Notes under the pieces: generated by a model
Database searches by the model: none
Told to the model about the DNA's origin: nothing
Seen by the model: the letters and a program-made list of their open reading frames with translations, nothing else
Position numbers and translations under genes: made by a program
Source of the DNA: an uncultured Pseudomonadota bacterium
Lineage (GTDB): Bacteria; Pseudomonadota; Gammaproteobacteria; Ga0077536
Assembly (NCBI GenBank): GCA_903825645.1
Contig: CAIKBL010000027.1
Coordinates: 35,036-99,035 of the forward strand
Direction of reading: 5' to 3'
DNA length: 64,000 nucleotides
Shown here: piece after piece, positions 51,784 to 61,690 of the stretch
Numbering within the stretch: position 1 is the first letter of the stretch
Layout: every line of letters begins with the position of its first letter

Positions 51784-52764
51784 ATGCAGCTTGGCCCGTA
51801 TACCTTCGCTCTGCCCGTGGTACTGGCGCCTATGGCGGGAGTGTCTGATCGTGTCCTGCGCGCGCTTTGTCGTGCACGCGGCGCCGATTACGCCCCGTCT
51901 GAGATGACTGCCGCAAGCCCCGAATTACGGGCGATGGCGCCGACACGGCGCCGCCTTGATATGAGCGCAGATGAGACGCCACGCATCGTGCAAATCGCCG
52001 GCGCCGATCCGCAAGAAATGGCCGATGCTGCACGTGCCGGCGTTGCTAGCGGCGCCGAAGTAATCGACATCAACATGGGTTGCCCGTCAAAGCGGGTCTG
52101 TCATCGGCTCGCCGGCTCGGCTTTGCTGAAGGACGAGCAGCGGGTTGCTGACATTCTCCAGGCGGTCGTCGCGGCGGTGCCCGTCCCGGTGACGTTGAAA
52201 ACGCGCACCGGCTGGGATCCGGCGCACCGTAATGCGGTGCGCATTGCGCAACTGGCCGAAGCGATCGGGATCCGCGCGTTGACGTTACACGGCCGCACGC
52301 GGACCTGCGGCTACCAGGGTGACGCCGAATACGAGACGATCGCGGCCGTGAAAACGGCTGTTTCCATCCCGGTGATTGCCAACGGGGATATTAATTCGCC
52401 TGAAAAAGCGCGGGCTGTGCTTGTCCACACAGGCGCCGATGGTTTGATGATAGGGCGCGCAGCGCAGGGAGATCCTTGGATCTTTGCGCGGATAAAAGCG
52501 TTTCTCGCGGATGGCACGCGCCTGGCCGACCCTCAAGAGGAGGAGATCCGCGACACCTTACGTGAACATCTCGAGGGGCTTTACGCGTTGTATGGCGAAA
52601 TGCCCGGGATGCGGATCGCGCGCAAGCATGCTGGCTGGTACTTCATGCGCTGGTATCGCCACGGCGCGGCTTTGCGTGCGACCTTCAACGGACTTGCTTG
52701 CGCGTTCGCGCAACTTGAATTTATCGATAACTATTATAAGACCCCACAGGTAAAGGCAGCATGA
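51784..52764 (+). CDS. dusB: tRNA-dihydrouridine synthase B
   Basis: TIM-barrel Dus family (LAPMAGVSD, NMGCP). Its stop overlaps the fis start. Confidence 0.9.
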   Translation: MQLGPYTFALPVVLAPMAGVSDRVLRALCRARGADYAPSEMTAASPELRAMAPTRRRLDMSADETPRIVQIAGADPQEMADAARAGVASGAEVIDINMGCPSKRVCHRLAGSALLKDEQRVADILQAVVAAVPVPVTLKTRTGWDPAHRNAVRIAQLAEAIGIRALTLHGRTRTCGYQGDAEYETIAAVKTAVSIPVIANGDINSPEKARAVLVHTGADGLMIGRAAQGDPWIFARIKAFLADGTRLADPQEEEIRDTLREHLEGLYALYGEMPGMRIARKHAGWYFMRWYRHGAALRATFNGLACAFAQLEFIDNYYKTPQVKAA

Positions 52765-53072
52765 GCGGATTATTGAAGACCGTCAGCAGCAGCAACAGCA
52801 GTGCCCCGGTTGTCCCGATCACGTCCGGGCGTGATGCCCAGGACGAGCCCTTGTCATTCCACGTGAAACAAGCGATGGAGCGTTATTTCGTTCAATTGAA
52901 CGGACATTCGCCCGGGGGCTTGTATGATTTTGTGCTCGGCGAAGTCGAGCGACCGTTGCTCGAAGTGGTTATGAAATGTACGCGCGGCAATATTTCAAAG
53001 GCAGCCCAATACTTGGGGCTGAATCGCGCGACATTACGTAAAAAGCTTGAGCGCTACGGGCTGCATCAATAA
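52761..53072 (+). CDS. fis: DNA-binding protein Fis
   Basis: C-terminal helix-turn-helix ...GNISKAAQYLGLNRATLRKKLERYGL. Confidence 0.85.
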   Translation: MSGLLKTVSSSNSSAPVVPITSGRDAQDEPLSFHVKQAMERYFVQLNGHSPGGLYDFVLGEVERPLLEVVMKCTRGNISKAAQYLGLNRATLRKKLERYGLHQ

Positions 53073-53099
53073 ACCCTTTACCGAGACCCGGATACCGCC

Positions 53100-54662
53100 A
53101 TGGTTAAACTCCGACGGGCGCTGATCAGCGTCTCCAATAAAGAAGACCTTATTCCCTTCGCCACCGCGCTTGTCGCCCATCAAGTCGAAATCCTCTCGAC
53201 GGGTGGCACCGCGAAACTGCTCAGGGAAGCTGGGATCCCGGTTATCGAGGTGGCCGACTACACCGGGTTCCCCGAAATGATGGACGGTCGCGTGAAGACC
53301 CTGCATCCGAAAGTTCATGGCGGTCTGCTCGGTCGCCGCGGCGTGGATGATGGGGTGATGGCGGCACATGGCATCGCGCCGATCGATTTGTTAGTGGTCA
53401 ACCTGTACCCCTTTCAGGCCACGATCGCGGCACCGGATTGTGACTTGGCGACGGCGATCGAAAACATTGACGTCGGGGGCCCGGCGATGTTGCGCGGTGC
53501 CGCCAAGAACCATGCGCATGTGGCGGTGGTGGTCGATCCGGCGGATTACCCCTTACTGCGCGCCGAGCTTGAAAGTCAGTCCGGAGCGCTTGGCAGCGCG
53601 ACGCGTTTTCGCTTGGCGGCGAAAGCGTTTGCGCATACCAGTGAATACGACGGGGCGATCGCGCACTACCTCCAGAATCAACAGCGCGCGGTCACGCGTT
53701 TTGCGCCGATTATCACGCTGCAGTTTCACAAGCGGCAGGATCTGCGCTACGGCGAGAACCCCCATCAAGCGGCCGCTTTTTACACGGAGTCGGTGCCGCC
53801 GTCCGGCTCTATCGGGACCGCGCGCCAATTGCACGGGAAGGAACTTTCCTTTAATAACATCGCCGATACCGATGCCGCCTTGATGTGCGTCGCGGCTTTT
53901 TCGGAACCCGCCTGCTGCATCGTCAAACATGCCAATCCCTGCGGAGTTGCCGAAGCGGCTGATATTGCGACCAGTTATGAGCGCGCTTATGCGACCGATC
54001 CGACTTCCGCCTTCGGCGGCATCATTGCCTTCAACCGCCCCTTGGATGCGCTGACGGCCTTGAAGATCGTTGAACGGCAATTCGTGGAAGTGATTGTAGC
54101 GCCGGCGGTCAGCGAGGAAGCGCTCCAAATCTGTCAGCGCAAAAAAGATCTCCGCCTGCTGGTCGTTGGACCCTTTTCAACGGCTACGCCTATGTTGGAT
54201 TACAAACGCGTCACCGGCGGTCTGCTGGTGCAGGACCGCGATGAAATTGCGTGCGCCATTACCGCGGGGGATCTCAAAATTGTGACGAGACGCGCGCCGA
54301 CGCCGCAAGAATTGATTGATCTCTTGTTTGCCTGGCGTGTCGTGAAATGTGTCAAGTCGAACGCCATCGTCTACGTGCGGGATCGGCGGACGGTGGGGAT
54401 TGGCGCCGGTCAGATGAGTCGCGTGTACAGTGCTCGGATTGCCGGCATCAAGGCGACAGATGAAGGTCTGGTGGTGGAGGGTTCGGTGATGGCTTCGGAC
54501 GCCTTTTTCCCCTTCCGCGATGGCCTAGACTCAGCTGCGAAGGTCGGCATTTCGGCCGTTATTCAACCCGGTGGATCGGTGCGGGACGCGGAGGTCATCG
54601 CGGCGGCGGATGAGGCCGGCATGGCGATGGTCTTCACGGGGATGCGTCATTTTCGTCATTAG
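53100..54662 (+). CDS. purH: Bifunctional AICAR transformylase / IMP cyclohydrolase PurH
   Basis: 520 aa with an MGS-like N-terminal domain ([11 protein letters not shown]) and the AICARFT C-terminal domain. Confidence 0.95.
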   Translation: MVKLRRALISVSNKEDLIPFATALVAHQVEILSTGGTAKLLREAGIPVIEVADYTGFPEMMDGRVKTLHPKVHGGLLGRRGVDDGVMAAHGIAPIDLLVVNLYPFQATIAAPDCDLATAIENIDVGGPAMLRGAAKNHAHVAVVVDPADYPLLRAELESQSGALGSATRFRLAAKAFAHTSEYDGAIAHYLQNQQRAVTRFAPIITLQFHKRQDLRYGENPHQAAAFYTESVPPSGSIGTARQLHGKELSFNNIADTDAALMCVAAFSEPACCIVKHANPCGVAEAADIATSYERAYATDPTSAFGGIIAFNRPLDALTALKIVERQFVEVIVAPAVSEEALQICQRKKDLRLLVVGPFSTATPMLDYKRVTGGLLVQDRDEIACAITAGDLKIVTRRAPTPQELIDLLFAWRVVKCVKSNAIVYVRDRRTVGIGAGQMSRVYSARIAGIKATDEGLVVEGSVMASDAFFPFRDGLDSAAKVGISAVIQPGGSVRDAEVIAAADEAGMAMVFTGMRHFRH

Positions 54663-54697
54663 GCGTCTCCGGCACAGGCCAAATCCCTGAGGTAACC

Positions 54698-55987
54698 ATG
54701 AAGGTTTTGATTGTTGGTGGGGGTGGACGTGAGCACGCATTAGCATGGAAGTGCGCACAATCACGCCAAGTCCGCGTGGTGTATTGCGCGCCGGGAAACG
54801 CAGGGACAGCGCTCGAAGCCGGTGTGCGGAATGTCGCCATCGGCGCTGAGGATATCCCGGGACTGGTCGCCTTCGCGCGGCGCGCTCAAATTGATCTCAC
54901 TATTGTCGGTCCCGAGGCGCCGCTGGTCGCGGGCATTGTCGATGCTTTTGCGGCAGCTGGCCTGAAGTGTTTCGGACCTCGGGCGAATGCCGCCGTGCTC
55001 GAAGCCTCCAAGGCGTTCACCAAAGACTTTTTTAAACGACACGGGATCCCCACCGCGCGGTACGAGAATTTCACGGATCTGGAAGCCGCCTCCGCCTACA
55101 TCCGCGGACAACCGCTGCCGCTGGTGGTTAAGGCCTCCGGCCTTGCCGCCGGCAAGGGGGTGGTGATTGCGTATAGCGTGGAAGAAGCGCTGGCGAGCGC
55201 GCAGGAGATGCTCTCGGGAGACGCTTTCGGTGCGGCGGGTCGTGAGATTGTGGTGGAAGAGTTCCTTGCCGGAGAGGAAGCGAGCTTCATTGTCATGACG
55301 GATGGCCGACGGATTATTCCCTTCGCTTCAGCGCAGGATCACAAGGCCGTCAATGATGGCGATCAGGGGCCGAATACGGGCGGCATGGGCGCCTATTCGC
55401 CGGCCCCCATCGTGAGTCAGGCCCTGCATTCCCGCGTTCTTCGCGAAGTCATCCAGCCGACGCTTGCGGGCATGGCCGCTGAAGGTCGGCCCTACAGTGG
55501 ATTCCTGTATGCCGGACTGATGGTTATGCCGAATGGCGAGCCAAAAGTGCTTGAATACAACTGTCGCTTCGGAGATCCCGAGACGCAACCCATGATGATG
55601 CGCTTGAGGTCGGATCTCCCCGCCGCCTGTCTGGCGCTCTTGACCGGTCAGCGCGGACGACTTCGTCTCGAATTTGATGCCCGGGCAGCCCTGGGCGTCG
55701 TACTCGCCTCGGGCGGATATCCCGGTGCCTTTTCCAAGGGGTATGCGATTCAGGGTCTGGACACGGCTGTCCCGGGCACGCAGGTCTTTCATGGGGGAAC
55801 GGCTTTGCACGCAGGGCGGGTCGTTAACGAGGGTGGTCGTGTTCTGTGCGTGGTAGGACTTGGCGAGACGGTAAAACGCGCGCAGGCGTTGGCCTATGCG
55901 CGGGTCGATCAGCTGAGTTGGGTGGGCATGCATTGTCGGCGCGATATCGGTTACCGAGCCGTCGCCCGCGAGGACAGCACGCACTAG
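54698..55987 (+). CDS. purD: Phosphoribosylamine-glycine ligase PurD
   Basis: 429 aa of the ATP-grasp fold, beginning MKVLIVGGGGREHALAWK. Confidence 0.95.
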   Translation: MKVLIVGGGGREHALAWKCAQSRQVRVVYCAPGNAGTALEAGVRNVAIGAEDIPGLVAFARRAQIDLTIVGPEAPLVAGIVDAFAAAGLKCFGPRANAAVLEASKAFTKDFFKRHGIPTARYENFTDLEAASAYIRGQPLPLVVKASGLAAGKGVVIAYSVEEALASAQEMLSGDAFGAAGREIVVEEFLAGEEASFIVMTDGRRIIPFASAQDHKAVNDGDQGPNTGGMGAYSPAPIVSQALHSRVLREVIQPTLAGMAAEGRPYSGFLYAGLMVMPNGEPKVLEYNCRFGDPETQPMMMRLRSDLPAACLALLTGQRGRLRLEFDARAALGVVLASGGYPGAFSKGYAIQGLDTAVPGTQVFHGGTALHAGRVVNEGGRVLCVVGLGETVKRAQALAYARVDQLSWVGMHCRRDIGYRAVAREDSTH

Positions 55988-56053
55988 GTCCTCGCATTCG
56001 TCCCGATCCGATCTACACTGGCCCCTTACCCAAGTGCTGTGAAGGAGCGCGCC

Positions 56054-56461
56054 ATGCCCAAAATTACCGGTACCTTTGAAGATCGCGAACAAATTCGCGA
56101 GCTCTATGCCCGCTACGCCATTTGCATAGATGCAAGTCGTTTTGACGATTGGGTGGGTTGTTTCACCCCTGACGGCACCTTTGAAAGTCCGTTGATGGGA
56201 AAATTCACGGGTGCCGAAGCGCTCCACCAGTTCACGCGCCAATACTACGAATCCTGGGCCGGCGACGGTGTGCGCCACATGATGGTCAATGTGAGCTTCG
56301 AGGTGAATGGGGATACAGCGACCGGCACCTGCAGCCTTATCTACTTTAAGGTACATGACGGGAAGAGCGAATTTCTCCTCACCGGTGGTTATCACGACAC
56401 CCTGCGTAAGGACGCCGGCGAGTGGCGATACATGCACCGGAAGGTCTATCTCGATCAATAA
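56054..56461 (+). CDS. NTF2-like (SnoaL-like) superfamily protein
   Basis: The start is at an ATG with a GAAGGAG RBS. The N-terminal segment EDREQIRELYARYAICIDASRFDDWVGCFTPDGTF is typical of SnoaL-like polyketide-cyclase folds. Confidence 0.55.
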   Translation: MPKITGTFEDREQIRELYARYAICIDASRFDDWVGCFTPDGTFESPLMGKFTGAEALHQFTRQYYESWAGDGVRHMMVNVSFEVNGDTATGTCSLIYFKVHDGKSEFLLTGGYHDTLRKDAGEWRYMHRKVYLDQ

Positions 56462-56530
56462 AACATCGCCGCCCGGCCGGCATGTCCGCGCCGCGTGGTT
56501 CAACGATTACTTTCGTGAGGAGCCAGCTCT

Positions 56531-57298
56531 ATGGGACGCCTAGCGGACAAGATAGCCATCATCACCGGTGGCGCCGCCGGAATCGGTTTGGCGACGGCGC
56601 GGGCTTTTATCGCGGAGGGTGCGCGGGTCTTGCTTGTGGATGTCCAGGCGGCGCCATTGGCCGCCGCGGTGGCGGAGCTCGGCGACGCGCATGCCCGCGC
56701 CTGCGTCGCGGATGTCAGTGATCCGGTCCAGGTCGAGACCTATGTTGCCGCGGCACTCGAGCACTACGGACGAATCGATATTTTTTTCAACAATGCGGGG
56801 ATCGAGGGGGTGGTCAGTCCACTGGTCGATTATCCCCTTGAGATGTTTGACCGGGTGATGGCCGTGAACGTCCGAGGGGTCTGGCTCGGCATGAAGTCCG
56901 TTATCCCGGCGATGGCCAAAACGGGCGGTGGCAGCATCATTATCACCTCCTCGTTGGGTGGCCTGCGGGGTGTTCCACGTATGTCCGCTTATATCGCCGC
57001 TAAGCACGCCGTGGTCGGCATCATGCGCGCGGCCGCGCTCGAGTGCGCGCCGCTCAACATTCGGGTGAACACGATCAATCCCTCGCCCATTGCGACCCGC
57101 ATGATTGCGGCCATCGAAGAGGGCTATGCGCCGGGCGTCACTGCACGGGCCAAAGCCCGATTTGCTGCAGGGGTTCCGCTCAGGCGTTATGGCGAGCCCG
57201 AGGAAGTCGCGAAACTGGTGGTTTACTTGGCCAGTGATGAGAGCAGTTACAGCACCGGTGGGACCTTCACGATTGATGGAGGCATGTCGGCCGCCTGA
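56531..57298 (+). CDS. Short-chain dehydrogenase/reductase (SDR) family oxidoreductase
   Basis: TGGAAGIG Rossmann motif, NNAG, and the catalytic YxxxK (YIAAK). Confidence 0.8.
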   Translation: MGRLADKIAIITGGAAGIGLATARAFIAEGARVLLVDVQAAPLAAAVAELGDAHARACVADVSDPVQVETYVAAALEHYGRIDIFFNNAGIEGVVSPLVDYPLEMFDRVMAVNVRGVWLGMKSVIPAMAKTGGGSIIITSSLGGLRGVPRMSAYIAAKHAVVGIMRAAALECAPLNIRVNTINPSPIATRMIAAIEEGYAPGVTARAKARFAAGVPLRRYGEPEEVAKLVVYLASDESSYSTGGTFTIDGGMSAA

Positions 57299-57319
57299 TT
57301 TTTCTTAAGGATCCTTTTT

Positions 57320-58471
57320 GTGAGCAGAATTCTGACGGACGATCAACAGCAACTCTACGGCGCTGCTGCCCGCTTCGCGCGCGAACGACTGTTGCCGGGA
57401 TATGTCACCCGGGATGTGACCGGCACCCTTGACCGTACCTTGGTGCGCGAATTAGGTGAGCTCGGCTTGATTGGCGCGGAGCTCCCGAGCGCCTATGGTG
57501 GACTTGGGGTGTCTGGCGAAACGGCAGGCCTGCTGTTTGAAGCCGTGGGCTATGCAGACATTAATGTCGGGTATCTTCAGGTGCTCGGCTCCCTGTGCGG
57601 CGCAATCCTCCTCGGTAGTGCGAGCGAGGCGGTCGCGCTTGATTGGTTGCCGCGGATCTGTCGAGGCGAAGCGATTGTCGCGCTCGCCTTAACTGAGCCG
57701 CGAGGCGGCTCGGATGCGGCCCAACTCGAGCTGCGTGCCCGTCGGCATGCCGCCGGTTATGTGCTTAGCGGCGAGAAAACTTCCATCTCTCTTGCGGATG
57801 AGGCGGATGGTTTTGTGGTCTTCGCCCGTACCGGTGAACAAGGCAGCGGGGCCCGCGGGATCAGTGCCTTTCTAGTGGATGCGAAGGCCCCCGGGGTAAG
57901 CGCTACGCGGTTTGATAGCGTGGGCGCGCGGGTAGCGGGGCGCGGTGCTGTTTTTTTCGACGAAGTCGAAGTCCCGGCGAATCGCTGTTTGGGGGGGGAG
58001 GGCCAGGGTTTCGGTCAGGTGATGCAGGGCTTCGACTATTCGCGGGCTTTGATAGGACTTCAGTGCGTCGCCAGTGCGCAGGCGTCGATCGATGAAACTT
58101 GGGATTTTGTGGAGCAGCGTCAGGCGTTCGGCGCGCCTCTTGCCGCGAATCAGGGCGTGAGCTTTGCGCTCGCCGAGCATGAAACCCATCTGGCGGCGGC
58201 GCGCGAGCTGTGCTACCACACGCTGCGCTTGCGGGACGCCGGCTTGCCGCACACCGTAGAAGCGGCCATGAGCAAGCGGCTTGCGCCGCAAAGCGCTTAT
58301 GACGCCATCCACAAGTGTCTATTACTCCACGGGCACGCCGGCTACGACCGCGGATCCCGCCATCAATTGCGTCTGCGCGATGTCCTCGGTTACGAGATCG
58401 GGGACGGGACGGCGGAGATTATGAATCGCATCATTACCCGTCGTCGGCGCCCTGAGTTCCGGGGGTCTTGA
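57320..58471 (+). CDS. Acyl-CoA dehydrogenase family protein
   Basis: 383 aa with the ACAD N-terminal, middle and C-terminal domains (LTEPRGGSD, catalytic base region). Confidence 0.85.
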   Translation: MSRILTDDQQQLYGAAARFARERLLPGYVTRDVTGTLDRTLVRELGELGLIGAELPSAYGGLGVSGETAGLLFEAVGYADINVGYLQVLGSLCGAILLGSASEAVALDWLPRICRGEAIVALALTEPRGGSDAAQLELRARRHAAGYVLSGEKTSISLADEADGFVVFARTGEQGSGARGISAFLVDAKAPGVSATRFDSVGARVAGRGAVFFDEVEVPANRCLGGEGQGFGQVMQGFDYSRALIGLQCVASAQASIDETWDFVEQRQAFGAPLAANQGVSFALAEHETHLAAARELCYHTLRLRDAGLPHTVEAAMSKRLAPQSAYDAIHKCLLLHGHAGYDRGSRHQLRLRDVLGYEIGDGTAEIMNRIITRRRRPEFRGS

Positions 58472-58502
58472 TCTTGACGCCGTTCCGGGTCATCACGGGC
58501 GA

Positions 58503-59846
58503 TTAAATGACGACACGCGCCCAATCGCGACGGATCCAGAACCGGGTGAAAATGAAGGCTTGCACAATGCGATACCCCACCTGAATGAGCCACACCCCAG
58601 TGAGTCCAAAACCGAGGATCGGTCCGACTAAATAGGCGAAGGGCATGAACAGGCACCATTGGTTGACGATGGCGACCTTCATCACCCGCCGGGTGTCCCC
58701 GGCGCCCAGTAGCGCGTTCTGGAAGATGGTCCCCACGGCCTCGAAAAGCATACTGAGCCCCACGAGCCGCAGCGGCCACAGGGCCAACTCAAGCGTGTGG
58801 GGATCGAGCGTGTAAATGGACGATAGCAATATCCGGGGGATCAGAATCATCGGCAGCCCGAGCACGGTGAGTCCGATGGCGCCTATTTTAACGACGTCCC
58901 AGCCCCAACGGGCCGCTTCGTCCGCATTCTTCCGACCGAGTGCCTGACCGACCAGGGTCGCTGCGGCGAGCCCGAGGCCCATCCCGGGCAACAAGGCGAC
59001 CAGCATGAGATTGATCAACACGTTGCCGGCGGCAACCTCGGCCGTCCCGATTTTACCGATGATCCAGAACATGGTGAGGTAACCGGCGGAGAAAAACATC
59101 TGCTGTATCCCGCTGGGCAAAGAAACCTGCACAAGACGTTTGACGTCGTCCCACGGGGGCAAGCGCCGCAAAAACCCGAAGTCCCGTGCATAGCGCAACC
59201 CAAAGAAAAAATAGACGGCGCTCCCGAAGCCCAACGCGATGACCGACGCGATAGCCGCGCCGCGCGCACCCAGGGCGGGTGCCCCGAGGTGTCCAAAAAT
59301 GAGGGCGTAGTTCAACAGGATGTTGAGTGCGTGCATTAAAATCAACGTGAACATGTAAAGGCGTGTGAGATCGATCGCGTTCCAATAGCCCCGAAACGAA
59401 TAATTCATGGCAACAAAGACGATGCTGACAGCCCGAATCTGCAGATAGGGCACCCCGATGGCCAATACGTTCGGATCGTTATTGATAAAAGGGTAGAGAC
59501 GCGGGATAGCCCATATCAGGCCCGCGGAGAGCAGGGGTGCGATAAGCGCGACGATCAGCAGCGCGGCGTTCAGAAAATAGGCCGTCTCATAGAGACGACC
59601 CTCCCCTTTGCGGCGTGCCGCCGTGGCCAGAACACCCGTCGAAAGTCCGAGAATGATCGACTGTGAGACGAACAATGCGAAGCCGCCATAACCCACTGCC
59701 GCGAGGGCCGCATCACTGTGATCGAGACGACTCACCATGGCGGTGTCCACCAGATTAAGAATATTCTGGGACACCATCCCGGTGATGACGGGCAGTGCGA
59801 GCCCGAGAATACGCTTAATGCGGTCTTTGGTCGGCAAAGCGATCAT
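58503..59846 (-). CDS. MATE family efflux transporter
   Basis: 447 aa with twelve transmembrane helices and MatE repeats (...ILGLALPVITGMVSQNI...). Confidence 0.85.
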   Translation of the reverse strand: MIALPTKDRIKRILGLALPVITGMVSQNILNLVDTAMVSRLDHSDAALAAVGYGGFALFVSQSIILGLSTGVLATAARRKGEGRLYETAYFLNAALLIVALIAPLLSAGLIWAIPRLYPFINNDPNVLAIGVPYLQIRAVSIVFVAMNYSFRGYWNAIDLTRLYMFTLILMHALNILLNYALIFGHLGAPALGARGAAIASVIALGFGSAVYFFFGLRYARDFGFLRRLPPWDDVKRLVQVSLPSGIQQMFFSAGYLTMFWIIGKIGTAEVAAGNVLINLMLVALLPGMGLGLAAATLVGQALGRKNADEAARWGWDVVKIGAIGLTVLGLPMILIPRILLSSIYTLDPHTLELALWPLRLVGLSMLFEAVGTIFQNALLGAGDTRRVMKVAIVNQWCLFMPFAYLVGPILGFGLTGVWLIQVGYRIVQAFIFTRFWIRRDWARVVI

Positions 59847-59894
59847 CCCTTAACTCGCAATGACTCCGGTGTTGTACACCGCTCGGCCTTCAGA

Positions 59895-60545
59895 TCAAGA
59901 TGCGACACGCAGACTATCCAAGTCGCGACGCAGACCCTCGACGAGGGCCTCGAGAATTGTCACCCGCATGTGCAGCGTGCCATGCGCCTCACTGACCAGC
60001 CCGGTATAGGGCGAATCCGGCACCGATTCGATTTCCCCACTTAGTTGATGCATGTACCGGAACTCCCGCGCGCCTGGGGCGCGCGCCAGGCGTGCCACGA
60101 ACGGACCGTCTTCGCGGGTCATGAGTTCGAACAGCGTGTTTTCGACAGCGTTGACGTCCGAAAACTCGCACAATCGCTGGGTGTGGGTCCGCAGCTCACC
60201 GGGTGTCTGTGGGCCACGCAACAGCAGGGCACATACAATGCCGCGCGCCTGGCTGGTGAACTTAAGCGCGCCAAACTCGGTGTTGCAGAACCGATGTTTG
60301 TACTTGGGTGTGCGACCGCTATTGAAGCCGGCCTTGTCGCTGATTAGAAAACGCTTCGCGAGCGTGTCCAGCGCGCCCTGGACCTCGGTCTCATCGAGCG
60401 CCATGACCGGATCTCGATTCGATTTCTGATTGCAGGCGCTGACCAGAGCGTTAAGTGACAGCGGATATTGATCGGGCGTTGTGGTCTCTTTCTCGAGCAG
60501 ACAGCCGATGACACGTGTCTCCAGTGCCGAGAGCTGAATTTTCAT
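59895..60545 (-). CDS. yceH: YceH-like DUF480 (UPF0502) family protein
   Basis: MKIQLSALETRVIGCLLEKETTTPDQYPLSLNALVSACNQKSNRDP is the characteristic DUF480 N-terminus. The ORF-track upstream extension is rejected. Confidence 0.6.
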   Translation of the reverse strand: MKIQLSALETRVIGCLLEKETTTPDQYPLSLNALVSACNQKSNRDPVMALDETEVQGALDTLAKRFLISDKAGFNSGRTPKYKHRFCNTEFGALKFTSQARGIVCALLLRGPQTPGELRTHTQRLCEFSDVNAVENTLFELMTREDGPFVARLARAPGAREFRYMHQLSGEIESVPDSPYTGLVSEAHGTLHMRVTILEALVEGLRRDLDSLRVAS

Positions 60546-60715
60546 AGGAGGGATCCCTGTGGTTGACCGCATGGTCGGTGCTGCGGGTGCACAGTATACG
60601 GGACCCACTGCGAGCCGGCGCGCATGAACGGCGCGGTCAACATTAACGCGTAGGGAAGAGGTCCCGTGGCGCCCCGGCTGGCAAGGTCGGGACGCCACGG
60701 GCGATCAGCCGACGT

Positions 60716-61405
60716 TCAGGGCCAGCGGACGCGATATTCGTCGGCGAGGAAGCCGGTGCACTGCGCACCGTCGAGAAAATGGGGGGCGTCATCACCAAAA
60801 ATCTTCTGGATACGCGGACTCAGCCAGTATTCGAGGAACGCCGCGTGATCGGCAAACCAGAGCTCAGCTACGCCATCATAAGCGGGTGTACCGACGGCAT
60901 AGGTTTCTGCTGCCTGGTGACATTGGACGTACCGCAAGACGCCCGCGTCCCGTGGGATCTGTGGACCGTGGCGGTTGAGCCAATAATCCTGGAACTGCGC
61001 AACGGTCAGATCCGGTCGGCGGCGCAAGAGGAAAACAGCTTTCAGCCAAGGGGTGTTCTGGACGATTGGTGGACTGTCGATGACGACAAATTCGCGGGTC
61101 GCGAGAAAAGCGAGCTTGCTGGTATCAATAAAGTTCGGCTCGTCCGCTTGCGCACCGTGGATATACTGCGGATTTTGAGCGATATTTTGGACCTCACGGA
61201 GCGTGTCAAACCAGATCTCGGCGACGCCATCAAAAGGGACGGCTTCGAATCCGGGTAGTGGTTCTGCCCGTCGGTGACTCTGCACGTAGCGCCGCAAGGT
61301 GGTCATCTGTAACGCCAAGGGGCCGTGGATCTCGCGCCAGTATTGATGAAATGCCGCCCCCGTCAGATCGCTTTTTTTGACGACCAACGCGATTCCTTTG
61401 ACCAT
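60716..61405 (-). CDS. Tandem EthD-domain protein
   Basis: Two repeats, each carrying F..YW...HGP...LRRYVQ.H...DGVAE.WF, matching the EthD family. Confidence 0.5.
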   Translation of the reverse strand: MVKGIALVVKKSDLTGAAFHQYWREIHGPLALQMTTLRRYVQSHRRAEPLPGFEAVPFDGVAEIWFDTLREVQNIAQNPQYIHGAQADEPNFIDTSKLAFLATREFVVIDSPPIVQNTPWLKAVFLLRRRPDLTVAQFQDYWLNRHGPQIPRDAGVLRYVQCHQAAETYAVGTPAYDGVAELWFADHAAFLEYWLSPRIQKIFGDDAPHFLDGAQCTGFLADEYRVRWP

Positions 61406-61690
61406 GTGTACTCCCTCGAAAAATTAAATGTACCGAATCGATTGTCCCCTGTAGCGTAACCCCTTGGGCAGAAAAGCCCAGCGGCGCATCTACCGCAGCG
61501 CACCATGCCAGCACAATTTTGTGCAGTGCAAAAACTCGATGGGATTCGTCCGACACCCTGCGTTATCGCACAGGGGCGGCGGGCAAATTTCTGACACCAA
61601 GGTGCCGCGCAGGCGAGTATAGTAAAGCGAAGAGCATCGATTTTTCCCGATCTTCGGGTTCACCCACCTCCTGTTAGTGAGAGAAGCCTC

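Noticed and set aside
55328-56503. 391-aa minus-strand ORF
   Set aside because: It is antisense to purD and the NTF2-like gene, with no recognisable motifs, and is a shadow ORF in GC-rich DNA.
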